Shown: positions 26,336 through 39,819, numbered from the stretch's first letter. The stretch is DNA of 64,000 nt from Chiloscyllium plagiosum (GCF_004010195.1 NC_057749.1:22887886-22951885); one strand, 5' to 3'. Notes: generated by a model from the letters alone, not told the origin. A program made the numbers and translations.

Positions 26336-26650
26336 TAGATTACTTACAGTGTGGAAAAAGGCCTTTCGGCCCAACAAGTCCACACCGACCCGCCGAAGCG
26401 CAACCCACCCAGACCCATTCCCCTACATTTACCCCTTCACCTAACACTACGGGCAATTTAGCATGGCTAATTCGTCTAACCTGCACATTTTTGGACTGTG
26501 GGAAGAAACCGGAGCACCCGGAGGAAACCCACGCAGACACTGGGAGAATGTGCAAACTCCACACAGAGAGTCGCCCGAGGCAGGAATTGAACCCGGGTCT
26601 CTGGCGCTGTGAGGCAGCAGTGCTAACCACTGTGCCACGGTGCCGCCCAC
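26336..26650 (-). mobile_element. Young HE1/V-SINE
   Basis: Near-consensus copy with ttagattac tail. Confidence 0.92.
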
Positions 26651-27654
26651 AAATGGGGAACTTGCTGTTGGTTGCTGTCACTCAACATCATCGCACAATC
26701 ATCACCACCACAGCATTTGACCTCACTCTATCTGTGCACGATTGGTGTCTCTTACACTGGTCTGAGTAGCTTCTGTTCCCATTTCCCACAATGCAGCACC
26801 ATCATCAGGAATGGCTTTGTACAATTTGGGTTGGTTACATATTCTGGAAACCTTTATTGGCATCCAAAAATTTGCAACTGACTCACAATCTGCCCAGTGC
26901 ACAGTTATGATAGTGCTGTAGCTGCTCCTTGGCCTTTTATTCTCCTGTTGTTGAACAAGAACAAAACGTGGTTTTGAACGGTTAGGCAATTGCATGCTGG
27001 GCAGGATCATTCGCACTTGACATCTGAGCAAAAATGACGCTGGAGACGGTGTTCCTTTCCCATTGGTGTAAGCTTAGCAATGCAATGTGAAAATCTCGCT
27101 TTGTTGCTCAACACTCAATGATCATTGATTAGATAATCCAGCATCTGCAGTCCTCACTTTCTCCATAGATTAAATAATACCTACCATACACCGTCCTAGA
27201 CCATTTGGGGTCAATCTCCAATTAGTAGAAACGTTGAAACAGTTTGACACTAAATTGCAGTCTCTTATCACTCGCTATCTGTTCTGCTACGTCGAGTGAA
27301 CCAAAAATAGCACTCATCGTGTCAGCAATGGCTGTACTCATTGAACAAAAGGAAATTTGAAGATGTCATCTTCACTGTACAGAGTGAATAGGTCTGTTGC
27401 TATTTTTGTCCAATGATTGGATGGAACATTGTGTACCAGGAGAGACTCCACTGCTGAAGCGGTTATGTTTGACGTGCCTCACATGCAAAATAAATGAATG
27501 TTCTCAAGTACTCCTTTAATACTGTTAGCGCATCCCTGAATTACAGTCTTTTGCAATTCTTACAGTTGTTCACCTGTAGTAGTGCTGAGTACAACTGATC
27601 ACACTTGCCAAAGTGTCACAGATTAACCTTAAAATCACATTCAATTTTACCTAA

Positions 27655-29290
27655 AAGACCGTAAGATATAGCAGCAGAATGAGGCCATTCAGCCCATTGA
27701 GTCTGCTCCACCATTTGGATCATGGCTGATATGTTTCTCAATTCCAATCTCCTGCTTTCTCCCCTTTACCCTTGATCCCTTTACCAATCAACAATCCATC
27801 TATCTGTCTAAAATATTCTCCACAGCCTTCTGTGACCATGAATTCCATAGGATCACACCCCCCCCCCCCGGCTGAAGAAATTACTCCTCAACTCAGTTCT
27901 AAAGGGCCATTCCTTCACTCTGAGACTGCGTCCTTGGGTCCTAGTCTCTCCGATTAGTGGAAACATCTTCTTCATGTCCATTCTATCCAGGCCTCTCTGT
28001 GTTCTATAAATTTCAGTGAGATCTTCCCTCACCCTTCCAAACTCCATTGAGTACAAGTCCTAAACCGCTCCTCATATGACAAGTCTTTCAGTCCCAGGAT
28101 CAATCCTGTAAATGCACTCTGAAGAGGACATCTTTCCTTAGATATGGGGCCCAAACCTGCTCACAATATTCCAAAAGCGATATGACCAGTGCCTGATACA
28201 GCCTCAGCAGTACATCTCTGCTCCTGTATTCTCACCCACTCAAGATGAATACTAACATTGAATTTGCTTTCCTAACTACCAACTGAATCTGCACGTTAAC
28301 CCTAAGCAAATCCTGAACTAGGGCTCCCAAGTCCCTTTGTATACCAGACGTTGAAAGCTTTTCCCCATTTAGAAGGCAATGTGCACCTTTATTCTTCCCT
28401 TCAAAGTGCATAACCTCACACTTCCCCACATTGTATTCCATCCACCACTTCTTTATCAACTCTCCCAGCCTGTCCAAGTACTTTGTAGACAAGCAGGAGG
28501 CTGGGAGAAGACAGCAAACCAGGCAGCATCAGGAGTTGGAGAAGCTGATGTTTCAGTTGCAACCCTTCCTCAGGACTGGGGGTGGGTGTAGGGGAAGTGA
28601 GGGGTAGGCAGGGTGGTGAAGTGGGGATAGGTGAAGACAGGTAGAGGGTACGACCTGGTTGGTTAATGGGAGGAATGAATCCAGTAGGTAGCTGGGAGGT
28701 GTGGAAGGGAGAGGGAGGGGCTGGGAAGGGAGTCGGGGGATGGTATGGGAGGTTATTTAAAATTGGAGAACTCAATGTTGATTCCTCCAGGGTGGAAGAT
28801 GAGGTGTTGTTCCTCCAATTTGTGGTTTGGTTCGTTGCTGTCCAAGTCCTCCTGCAGCCTCCCTGCTTCCCCAACACAACCTGTCCCTCCACCTATCTTT
28901 GTGTCATCTGCAAGCTTAGCAAAAAGGCCTTCAGTTCCTTTAGCCCAGATCATTACTGTATAACATGAATAGCTATAATCCCAATACTAACCTTTACGGA
29001 ACTCCACCAGCCATTGGATGCCATTTTGAAAACGACCCCTTTATTCCCAATTTCCTGATGAAGAGCTTATGCCCGAAATGTCGATTCTCCTGCTCCTTGG
29101 ATGCTGCCTGACCTGCTATGCTTTTCCAGCACCACATTCTCGACTCTGATCTCCAGCATCTGCAATCCTCACTTTCTCCTATTCCCACTCTCTGCTGTAT
29201 GCCATATATTTCTCCCTAATACCATGGATTCTTATCTTGCTGCCTCCTGTGTGGCACCTTGTCAAAGGTCTTTTGGAAAACCAAGTAGAT
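27655..29290 (-). mobile_element. CR1 LINE interrupted by a Penelope 3' fragment (28490-28835) and a pLTR (29050-29180)
   Basis: WWMEYNVGKCEVMHF; AKLADDTKIGG; the insert encodes KLEEQHLIF..GINIEF. Confidence 0.85.
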
Positions 29291-29455
29291 CACATCTGCT
29301 GCTCACCGCCAATGGAATCATTGGAATCAGCGAGGGAGGGACCCCGGAGACTGGAAAATGGCTAATGTAACAACCTTCTATCAGAAGGGAGAGAGACAGA
29401 AAACAGGAACCTATAGGCTGGTAAGGCTGCCCTCAATCGTTACTAAGATTAAGTA

Positions 29456-29674
29456 CAGGTAATCCTTCTATAATGCAATGGTTGTGTTCTTGAGCAATCC
29501 CTCATTGTAGGAGCATCACGCTTTAGAAATAGTGCTTAAAGTGTTGGTAATGTAATTGCGTTGCCACCAACACACGCTTCAAAAGTTTGTGCTTTAGAAA
29601 CAGCATCCCCAATTCATCAATCGTGTTACACCGAGTTCGCATTAACAAATTGTGTGTTACAAGAGAATGAGTGG
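29456..29674. mobile_element. Tigger/pogo-type MITE inserted in a + strand CR1 fragment (29310-29830)
   Basis: TA flanks, CAG start, degenerate terminal inverted repeats; second copy at 35526-35731. Confidence 0.65.
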
Positions 29675-30104
29675 TACAAGATTGCAGAGTACTTGGAAGT
29701 GCATGGTAGTCTGGGGCTGAGTCAACACGGCTTCATCAAGGGAAGGTCATGCGTGACACATCTGTCAGGATTCTTTGAGGAGGTGACGAGCAAGCCAGAC
29801 AAAGCAGAGCCTGATTCAGTTGTGATCTAGGTGCTCAGTTGCACCACAGTAAATGTGGTTTGAATCTGGAGTTACTGTACCAAGATCTTTGGATACTACT
29901 GGCCTTGTGGCTGCTGGATCGTTGGGATCCACAAGGACAGAGGATTTTATGAAGCCATGCTAAGCTTGTGGATTGGTGCTATGGCCTGAATGTACCATTG
30001 CAAAGAATTGGTGCCTCATTTTACACTGACAGACTGTTTCTTGCATACTTGCAGAGTGACATGTCTTTCAGGATGCTAGCTGGCACTAATTCCATCAAAT
30101 CAGT

Positions 30105-32455
30105 GAACTCACAACGTGCATCCCTCCACTCCATCTGCTCCAACCCCAACCTCACCATCAAACTAGTGGACAAGGGGGGAGGGGTGCAGTGGTAGTTCAG
30201 CATGCTGACCTCTACACCGCTGAAGCCAGTTGCCAACTTGAAGACGCCTCCTCCTACTGCCCCTTCGACCATGACCTCATCTCCCATCACCAAACCAACA
30301 TCTCCCAAACTGTACACAACCTCATCACCTCAGGGAATCTCCCACCCACAGCTTCCAACCTCATAGTTCAGGAACCCCGCACACTACCCATTCTACCTCC
30401 TACCCAAGATCCACAGGCCTGACTATCCTGGCCAACCATTCGTCTTAGCCTGCTCTTGCTCCATTGATTTCAGCTCCGCCTCGCTCAATACTATCCTATT
30501 CCTCTGGTCCAGGTACTCCCACATATGTTAAGGACACTACACACGTCCTCCACCTTCTCCAAGACTTCCGTTTCCCTGACCCTCAATGCCTCATCTTCAA
30601 CATGGACATCCAGTCCCTCTACACGTCCATCCACATGACCAAGGCCTCCAAGCCCTCTGTTTCTTCCTCTCCTAACGTTCCCACCAGTACCCTTTCACTG
30701 ACACTCTCATTTGTTTGGCTGAACTGGTCCCCACGCTCAACAATTTCTCCTTCAAATCCTCCCATTTTCTCTAGACGAAAGGGGTAGCCATGGGCACCCG
30801 CATAGGGCCCAGCTATGCCTGTCTCTTTGTCAGTTACGTGGAACAGTCTAACTTTCGGAGTTACACCAGCATCACTCCCCACCTTTTCCTCCGCTACATT
30901 GATGACTGCATTGGCGCCACCTCGTGCTCCCGCGAGGAGGTTGAGCAGTTCATCAACTTCACCAGCACATTCCACCCCAACCTTAAATTCACCTGGACCA
31001 TCTCTGACACCTCCCTCCTCTTCCTGGACCTCTCCATCTGCATTAATGAATCCAACTTGTCACTGACATTTTTTACAAATTCACCGACTCTCACAGCTAC
31101 CTGGATTACACCTCTTCCCACCTTACCTCATGCAAAAACACTATCCCGTAATCCCAATTCCTCTGCATCTGCTCCCAGGAGGACCAGTTCCACCACAGTA
31201 CACACCAGATGGCCTCCTTCTTTAAAGAACGCAATTTCCCCTCCCATGTGGATGATGATACCCTCCAACACATCTCATCCACGTCCTGCACCTCCGCACT
31301 CGAACCTCACCCCTCCAACTGCAACAAGGACAGAAGCCCCCCGGTCCTCACCTTCCACCGCACCAACCTCCATATAGATTCATCATCATTACCGCCACCT
31401 ACAAACAGACCCCACCACCAGAGATATATTTTCCCTCCCCACCCCTATCTGCTTTCCATAAAGACCGTTCCCTCTGTGACGACCTCGTCAGGTCCACGCC
31501 CCCCACCTTCCCTCCCAGCACCCTCCCCTGCCACCGCAGGAATTACAAAACCTGCGCCCACATCTCCCCACTCACCTCCATCCAAGGCCCAAAAGGAGCC
31601 TTCCACATCCATCAAAGTTTCACATGCACATCCACACGTCATTTACTGTATCCGTTGCTCCCGATGCGGTCTCCTCTACATTAGGGAGACAGGACACCTC
31701 CTTGCAGAGTGCTTTAGAGAACATCTTCAGGACACCTGCACCAATTGACCCCACCGCCTGGTGGCTGAACATTTCAACTCCCCCTCCCACTCTGCCAAGG
31801 ACATGCAGATCCTGGGCCTCCTCCACTGCCATTCCCTCATCACCCGATTCCTGAAGAAAGAACGCCTCATCTTCTGCCTCGGAACACTTCAACTCCAGGG
31901 CATTAATGTGGACTTCACCAGTTTCCTCATTTCCCCTCCCCCCACCTTACCCCAGTTACAACCCTCCAGCTCAGCACCGTCCTCATGACCTGCCCCACCT
32001 GTCCATCTTCCTTCGCACTTATCCACTCCACCCTCCCCTCTGACCTATCACCTTTACACCCATCTCCATCCACCTATTGCACTCTCAGCTACCTTCCCCC
32101 CAGCTCCAACCCCTTCCCATTTATCTCTCCACCCCTCCGAGGCTCCCAGTCTCTTTCCTGAAAGGTTGATTTTCACAAAGGTTGATTTTGCCTGAAAGGT
32201 TGATTTTCCTGCTCCTCGGATGCTGCCTGACCTGTTGTGTTTTTCCAGCACCACACTCTCGACTCTAATCTCCAGCATCGTTTATCTAAATTAAATTCTA
32301 TCTGCCAATCCTCAGCTCATTGGCCCCTCTGATCAAGGTTGAGAGTGTGGTGCTGGAAGATGTTCCTGCTCCTTGGATGCTGCCTGACCTGTTGTGTTTT
32401 TCCAGCACCACACTCTCGACTCTAATCTCCAGCATCTGCAGACCTCACTTTCACC
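30105..32455 (+). mobile_element. Penelope-like retroelement (RT + GIY-YIG, frameshifted) with terminal pLTRs
   Basis: SNPNLTIKLVDKGG; MGTRIGPSYACLF..LFLRYIDDCIG; VIYCIRCSRCGLLYIRETG..FREH; pLTRs at 32150-32280 and 32335-32455. Confidence 0.93.
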
Positions 32456-33104
32456 TAATTCCTATGTTGATTTTAGTTTTTATTATGTATCTGCCTGCTT
32501 TTTCGGGGCAGATGATGTTAATGGTTGTAAAAACCCCTAATCACCTTATACCATTGACATCATGTGTGAGGCTGACAGTATGGTGAACTGCGTCATGTTC
32601 CGAAAATTGCTTCCTGCTCAGTTGACTTTGCACATGGTTGTATTTGTGTAACTCTTAGGATTTGCCTTGCTGCCAGTGTTGTGGGTGTTGCATTGTCTTG
32701 TGGGGCACCTGTGTTTCATTCTGGAACCTGGCTTTGCCTTTCGAACTGGTTTTCTTACACATGCCCAATGTCTTTTGCTGCCACACGCTTTGCAGTTGGT
32801 GAAGAGAAAGCTGGACAGTATTTGGATAGATACAACAAAACACATCCATTACCTTTCTGTGTACCTTTCTGCTTGATGCACCTCATGCACATAATTGTTG
32901 CTGACCTGCCAGAATGGCCTCACAATGCCATGTATCTTCGAGGTGTCAATGGCCCTTTTACCCTGAAGATCCTTCCTGAAGGTTTCATTTGGCGAAGAAG
33001 TGATTATCTATTCAATAGCCTCTGAGAGCTCTTCACAGTGTGTCACAACCTTTTGTTGTAGTATCTTGTGAAAAACCCATCTATACGATTTCTGTTAAAT
33101 ATGA

Positions 33105-33860
33105 GCTGGGGTTGGGAGTGTGGCGTTGGGAAAGCACAGCCAGTCAAGCAGCATCCAAGGAGAATCAGCGTTTCGAGCACATGCCTTTCATCAGGAATGA
33201 GGCTTGTAGGCCAAGGGAACAGAGAGATAAATGGGAGGGGGGTGGGACTAGAGGGAAGGTAGCCGAGAGTGAGATAGGTAGGTGAAGGTTGGAACTGGTT
33301 AAGGTGGAGGGAGGGGAGATGAAGAAACTGGTGAAATTCACATTGATCCCATATGGTTGCAGTGTCCCAAGGCAGAAGATGAGGCGCTCTTCCTCCAGGC
33401 ACCGGGTTGTTAGGGTTTGGCGATGGAAGAGGCCCAGGACTTACATGTCCTTGGGGGAGTGAGAGGGAGAGTAGAAGTGTTCGGTCACGGGGCAGTGGGG
33501 TTGGTTGGTGCGGGTGTCTCGGAGGTGTTCTCTGAAGTGTTTCGGAATTAGGCGTCCTGTCTCCCCAATGTAGAGGACACCACATCAGGAGCAACAGATA
33601 CAGTAAATGACATATGTGGGAGTACAGGTGAAACTCTGATGGATGTGGAAGGCTCCTTTGGAGCCTTGGATGGAGGTGAGGGGGGAGGTGTGGACGCAGG
33701 CTTTGCACTTCTTGTGGTGGCAGGGGAAGGTGCCAGGAGGGGAGGACGGGCTGGTTTGGGACGTGGACCTGACACTAGAGTCACAGAGGGGACGGTCTTT
33801 ATGGAACGCGGATATACATGTGTCCTGGAGATGTTCTCTGAAGCATTCTGTAAGTAGGCA
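33105..33860 (-). mobile_element. Penelope 3' fragment (GIY-YIG + pLTR) inserted in the Gypsy gag
   Basis: GAFHIHQSFTCTPTYVIYCICCS; reverse complement of about 31460-32230; hammerhead core about 33168-33196. Confidence 0.88.
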
Positions 33861-34565
33861 TGAGCTGGAGTCTGTTAATGCTGAAGTTAATTTGTAACTT
33901 GAGCAGGTCTTTGAGTACTCCAAATCTTTTCTGATGGCTCTGACCTTCTGTGGAAAGGCTGGATGCATTAATTCTGCAAAGCCCCTCCTTGCTGCTAGCA
34001 AGTAAGATTTACAGAGATCTGTTCTTGGAACACATCAGGTTATCTACAAATTAAAGCTGCACTTGGTGCTTTAATTCAGTAAAGAGATCACTTGCTGCCT
34101 ATTCTATAATTAAATATTTGCCCTTCATTTCTTATTGAAGGTCTTTGCCTTTTTTTTAATTTAGTAGAACATAGGGCTTATTTTCTTCTCTTTTGTACTT
34201 TTATTTTCCCCTCTTTTGTACCACCAAACAATATTCACACCAGGTAAATATAGTGAACTCACGCAGGGTTCCCTCTGTACTGGTGCTGAGTTGTAGAGAG
34301 ACAAGGTAACAGAACCAACTGACCTCTGTCTACAGGTAACATGCCTGAGGTCAGAAAAGTTCATTTTCAAAGCTGTAACTATGATCAGGAAAGCTCTATA
34401 ATTAAGCTGAAAGCAGCTGGCCTATGACTGCTATTTATTTTAACTTTCAAGGATGCTTTTGACTTGTTTTTTAAACTTTAAGAAAGAAAACAAGCATTTT
34501 CTTCCTGTGAAAACGTCTTCTAGCTTAACAGAATTCATATTTTAAGCAGGAAGCCCTTTAGGTGC

Positions 34566-34761
34566 TTAATTTGTAGATCTGTACTCACTAAAATTGGGAT
34601 GCTTTAATTTCAAGGCCGTCTGATCTTCAGTGAGGATTCCAAGTATCTGCCACTGATTTAATTTATTTTAATTTGTAGATCTGTACTCACTGAAATTGGG
34701 ATGCTTTAAATTCAAGGCTATCTGATCTTCAGTGAGGATTCCAAGTATCTGCCATTGATTT
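34566..34761. repeat. Tandem duplication, 102-bp period, 2 copies
   Basis: ttaatttgtagatctgtactcact..ccaagtatctgcca(c/t)tgattt at 34566 and 34668. Confidence 0.9.
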
Positions 34762-35525
34762 TTCTATAAGAAGCCACAGCTGTTTACCAATGTGCTGCCA
34801 TTATGATCTGTAACCATGATGTCAGTTATTGATACTAGCAAGATATTTGTACATTTGCTGCCATTACATAAGGACTATACAAAGATAACTTCATACTGAA
34901 AGATTTAATTGATGTTTATTACGGCTCGTAGCATTACAGAGACAAGCACTTCAGCATCTGGGCTGATACCAAGCTTTCAGTGACAAACAGTAGCACAACA
35001 AGATGTCAGGCTTCAAGTGGCCCAGATGAAGATGGAGACCTTTACATCTGTGGGTCACATGCTATAACAGCGAGGATATGACAATCATGTTTCTTAAAGG
35101 TGCATTGCACAGCAGCTCCATGACATCACACAACCTATATTCCCTAATTATTCTCAACACTGCACTGATCTCTGAGGACTGTGCGGGACAGTGGCTTCTG
35201 GAAGCAGATGTCAATTGGTCAGCATTTTGATCGCCATATGCGATACCTCCAAGTAGCTGTGCAACTCAGAAGGGACTCTGAACACAACTCTCCTCCATAG
35301 TCTCAAGGACCCTCATCCTTCCAAAACATGTGGTGACCAGAACTGGATGCAGTATTCTAGTTGTGGCTGAAATAGAATTTAGCAAAGATTCAGCTGAAGT
35401 TTCTTATCTTTCTTCTGAATCCCTCTGTTGGAGGAGCCAAAGGATCCTATGTGCTTTGCTAACCGTAGTAACACCCTTCTGTGGCTGCTGTTATATTTAT
35501 GTTTATTTTATGTCATTCCAAGGTA

Positions 35526-35731
35526 CAGATAGTCCTTCTGTAAGGTGATGGTTTCATTCTCGTGCAACCCACTTGATAGAAAAATCGCGCTTTAGAAGCA
35601 GTGCTTAAAGATGTAATCGCGTTACCGCCAACACACGTTTTAAAAGTTTGCGCTTTAGAGAGTGCCCCCAATTCGTCGACTGCGTTACAGCGAATTTGCG
35701 TTAACGAAACGCACGTTATAGCTGAATTCTG
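35526..35731. mobile_element. Tigger/pogo-type MITE
   Basis: Homologous to 29456-29674. Confidence 0.65.
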
Positions 35732-36094
35732 TTAAGTTGGACGACATGTTTTTACATGAACCAAACGCCTGTTTTCTTTAAAGTTTAAGAAAGAAGTCAA
35801 AAGCTTCCTTGAAAGTTAAAATAAATAGGAGTCATGGGCCAGCTACTTTCAGCTTGAATACTTTCAGCTCCCTCCTGATCATAGTTAGGGGTTGACTTCC
35901 GAGGTGCTGTATATACTGTGTCTAATGTCAGTCCTGCAAAGATCTCACTGTTGGTGAGAGCCTTTCGGCAAAGCACTGGAAAAATTGGGATTTATTTTCT
36001 GCTGATAAATAGTTTTAGTCCCATTTCTGTGGTTTGCACATGTGGGTGGACTGAGCTACAAAGATTGCTGCATCAGAAGGTATTACTAGTAGAA

Positions 36095-36615
36095 TCTTCT
36101 GGAATACTGTGTCCAGTTCTGGTCACCCTGCTATAGGAAGGATATTATTAGAGTGGAGCGGGTTCAGAAAAGATCTACCAGGATGTTTCTGGGAATGGAG
36201 GGATTGAGTTATAAGGAGAGGCTGGATAGGCTGGGACTTTTACACTGGAGCATACGAGGTTGAGGGGTGACCTTATAGAAGTTTATAAAATCATGAGAGG
36301 TACAGATAAGGAGAATAGCAAGAGTTGTTTCCCTAGGGTAGGGGAGTTCAAAACTATGGGGCATGTTTTTAAGGTTAGAGAAGAAAGAGGGGCAATGTTT
36401 TTACACAGAGATTGTTTCGTGTGTGGGATTAACTGGCAGAGGAAGTGATGGATGTGGATATAGTTACATTTAACAGATATTTGGATAAGGACATGATTAG
36501 GAAAGGTTTGGAGGAATATGGGCCAAACACAGGCAATGGAACTAGTTTAGTTTGGGAACATGATCGACATGGACTAGTTGGACCAAAGGGCCTGTTTCCG
36601 TCCTGTACGACCCTA
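36095..36615 (+). mobile_element. CR1 LINE 3' portion
   Basis: LEYCVQFWSP; RGDLIEVYKIMRG. Confidence 0.9.
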
Positions 36616-36639
36616 TTAATGACTTTTACTCTTGTGCAA

Positions 36640-37640
36640 GCTTGAGCAACGCTACAGCTCCTAGTCATTCGAGATCACAGGAAAGTTACTAGTAATGTTG
36701 CCCATTGAGGATGCTGGAGATTTTATTGTGGTTTTGTGAAAGCTGTGCATCCATTGTAATTTTGCAGGATTAAAGGAGAGATTCATGTGCGATTTAAGAA
36801 GAACACAAAGTTGCTGTCACTGCTAACTCTTGACATAGCTTGTCAACCCACCATTGAATGATCGATATGATGGAACATGACTAAAATGGATGAAAGTTTA
36901 CAACCATCAGTCATTGATGGAGTAAATCAAACTGTAGTTGAATAAGCCAAATACTCCAACAAAGGCAGATACGGAATCCTTATACTGGTACTTAATTCAG
37001 CATTTGGGTATTGAGTGGCCCATTTGTCTAGGCAAAGTTCTCCAGCTTATAGAGGAGGAATCATCCTACCAAGTCATGTTGGAAGATGATAAACAGAAAA
37101 ATAAGATGCCAAAGCTTGCGGAGAAGAAATGGATGGAAGGAAACGACAGTCACAGTATATGGTTGATGAATAGCGACTGGTAAATAAGGGGTCAGTTCAA
37201 ATCTTTATGACGAGAAGGACAAGGATATTGAACGTAAGTTCACGGAGCATTGCAGTCTAAGTTGCACGTTGTGGAGCCCCAGTTGTTGCATCCGTCAATG
37301 TGATTCATGAATCTCCATACTGTCAAAACCTAAGTCACCGTAGCATTCAGAAGTTGTGGAGGAGGGAACGTCCTCAGTAGGGGTAGTGTGGTATTCACCT
37401 GCAAAACAAATCTGGGCAAAATTCTCTATCGTCTTCGTGAGAGACAGAGGAAATAGCCTTGCTTAGAAGGCACTGGTTAAAAATACTGAAATTGAACTGG
37501 AACACACGTTTAGCATAGAAGAGAAATTCATAAGCCAACATGGTTGCCAAGTACCCTCGGGTATTTAGTTATATCAAGGAAATAAAGCCAACTCATGGGT
37601 TCAGAGGAACATGAGACTAGTTTGTTGGCACCACTCATCA
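36640..37640 (+). mobile_element. Decayed Gypsy gag-protease relic
   Basis: DFIVVL*KLCIHCNF..LKERFMC (gag-like); ASVNVIHES and ALLRRHWLKILKLNW (protease-like LLGRxWL motif). Confidence 0.6.
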
Positions 37641-37740
37641 CCTGACTCATGGTTTAGGTGAGAAAATGCAGCAATAGCTGAAAACACTAGACAGGGAACG
37701 GTTAATAGAATGGTTAGATTACTCCCATAGTGGTTGAAAT

Positions 37741-38048
37741 TTTAGATTTGATTCGATTCCCTACAGCGTGGAAACAGGCCCAACCAGTCCACACCGACCC
37801 TCCAAAGAGTAACCCACACAGATCCATTTCCCTCTGATTAATGCACCTAACACTATGGGCAATTTAGCATGGCCAATTCACCTGACCTGCACATCTTTGG
37901 ACTGTGGGAGGAAACCAGAGCACCCGGAGGAAACCCACGCAGACACGGGGAGAATACGCAAACGCGACAGTCACCCGAGGCTGGAATCAAACCTGGGACC
38001 CTGGTGCTGTGAGGCAACAGTGCTAACCACTGAGCCACTGCGCCACCC
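37741..38048 (-). mobile_element. HE1/V-SINE
   Basis: Consensus match to the other copies. Confidence 0.9.
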
Positions 38049-38454
38049 AAAGGTGAATGGCAGCATATGTGCACATGACCAATATAAAGCAACACAAATC
38101 AGGTATTAGAACATAATCCATATCGTAATTTTCCAAATGTGAACAATCCTGTTCACTATGCTATCAGGAAATCGGATATTTTCAGAATTATATCTGACAA
38201 ACCTAAGTCTGCAACTTAAACTAGCCGAAGGGTCTGAGTCATATATAATTATTAATGTACAGTTCAGAGTTTCATTGAGTTGTCATTTTGTGTTTCCTCC
38301 AGAAATTTTCACAAGGGAAGCACACCATATTTTGCAAGGATTTAAGGGTGTCGGTTCGAGCAGCAGGAAACACACCACATGCTCAGAATATATCTGGCAA
38401 CCATTCAATGAAACTTTAAGGAAGGGTGTTCTGTGGTTTTGGATTTGGAGTGGG

Positions 38455-39095
38455 ACAAGGTATTCGCATTGTGTAAAATCGGTCAGAGCATTGAATGTAG
38501 GGGTTGGGTGGTCACGTTGCATCTGTACAGGACACTGGTTAGGCCACTTTTGGAATATTGCATTCACTTCTGGTCTCCCTGCTATAAGAAAGACGTTGGG
38601 AAATTTGAAAGGGTGCAGAAAAGATTTACAAGGATGTTGCCAGGGTTGGAGGATTTGAACTACAGGGAGAGGTTGAATAGGCCAGGGCTATTTCCCCTGG
38701 AGCATCAGAGGCTGAGGAGTGACCTTATAGAGATTTATAAAATGATGAGGGGCATGGACAGGGTGAATAGTCAAGATCTTTTCACTAGGGTAGGGAAGAC
38801 CAAAACTAGAGGGCATAGATTTAGGTTGAGGGGGCAAAGATTTAAAAGAGACCTAAGGGGCAACTTTTTCACACAAAGGGTGGTACGTGTGTGTGGCATG
38901 AGCCTCTAGAGGAAGTGGTAGAGGCTGGTACAATTACAACATTTAAAAGGCATCTGGATAGGTATATGAATGGGAAGGGTTGAGAGGGATATGGGCCAAG
39001 TGCTGGCAAATGGGACGAGATTAGTTTAGGATATCTGGCTGGCATGGACGAATTGGACCGAGGGGTCTGTTTCCATGCTGTACATCTCTATGACT
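38455..39095 (+). mobile_element. CR1 LINE 3' portion
   Basis: LYRTLVRPLLEYCIHFWSP..RGNFFTQRVVR. Confidence 0.92.
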
Positions 39096-39819
39096 CCAAG
39101 ACTCTATGATAGTGATATCCTTGTACATCGATATGTCCTAGAAGACTAAGCCAGCGAGTGATGTTTCTCCAGACAGAATAGATGCGGTGACCCCTCCTGT
39201 GCTGGATAATGGTGAGGAGAGACAGAATTTGCCTCATGCATCTCTCAGTGTCAGTGAGTGATGACAGGCTCAGACAGAACAACAAACATTTTCTTTGATT
39301 TTGGGGGTTAGAAGATTTCATGAACACTTGTACCGTCATCATCAAAATGTTTGTTTCAAGTAACCAGTGAAATTTCCCAACTTTTTGCTACTTTCAACAG
39401 CCAATATCAAAGAGCTCCTTCTGCGAGAGACAGTCAATGATTATGGATTGTGGCAGCAATTGTGGTGCACACCATTAGGAAACATCTAACAAAATGGATG
39501 GTTATGGACAAAAGGCAGAATGGGTGAACAGAGATTTATCAGAGGCTGGTTGTACATCAGGATCTGCCCTTATTTACCATCAATGTGAGACAGCATCTGC
39601 TGACACTCACAATGTAGGTGTAACTGCACCCGCGATTTAATCCAGAAATGCGTATGCACACAATTCCAAGACCCTTTACATCCAATGTAAAATTTCAATG
39701 ATGTCATTTGCACATGTGCAGAGTAGATGCGCAATTTTGAAATGAGGCTCAGCAGCGAGAAGTGAGTACATTTGCTGGAGTGAGGGTGTAAGGGTGTGGG
39801 ACAGAGACCGAGAAAGCAC

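Larger units (their letters stand above)
25828..35135 (-). mobile_element. Ancient fragmented Ty3/Gypsy provirus (5'LTR about 34864-35135, gag about 34110-32590, protease about 30100-29830, integrase about 27490-26700, 3'LTR 25828-26121)
   Basis: Diverged 270-290 bp direct repeats at both ends; PPT AGAAAGGGAAGAA before the TG of the 3'LTR; TGG-starting PBS after the 5'LTR; minus-strand peptides EGLCRINASSL, LKLQINFSINRLQLM, YCPAF..NCKACGSKRHWACV, PASILKDM, HNVPSNHWTKIATDLFTL, IFGSLDVAEQIASD. Confidence 0.8.

Noticed and set aside
26336..26650. tRNA genes at SINE heads (A/B boxes)
   Set aside because: The heads run into the V-domain and LINE-like tail of HE1 and do not form a full cloverleaf.
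30790..31748. Intact RT/endonuclease gene
   Set aside because: The Penelope ORF is broken by several frameshifts and stops, so it is a dead copy.
39142..39253. Protein-like frame KTKPASDVSPDRIDAVTPPVLDNGEE before a gtgagt donor
   Set aside because: Weak acceptor next to a CR1 tail and no recognisable homology.
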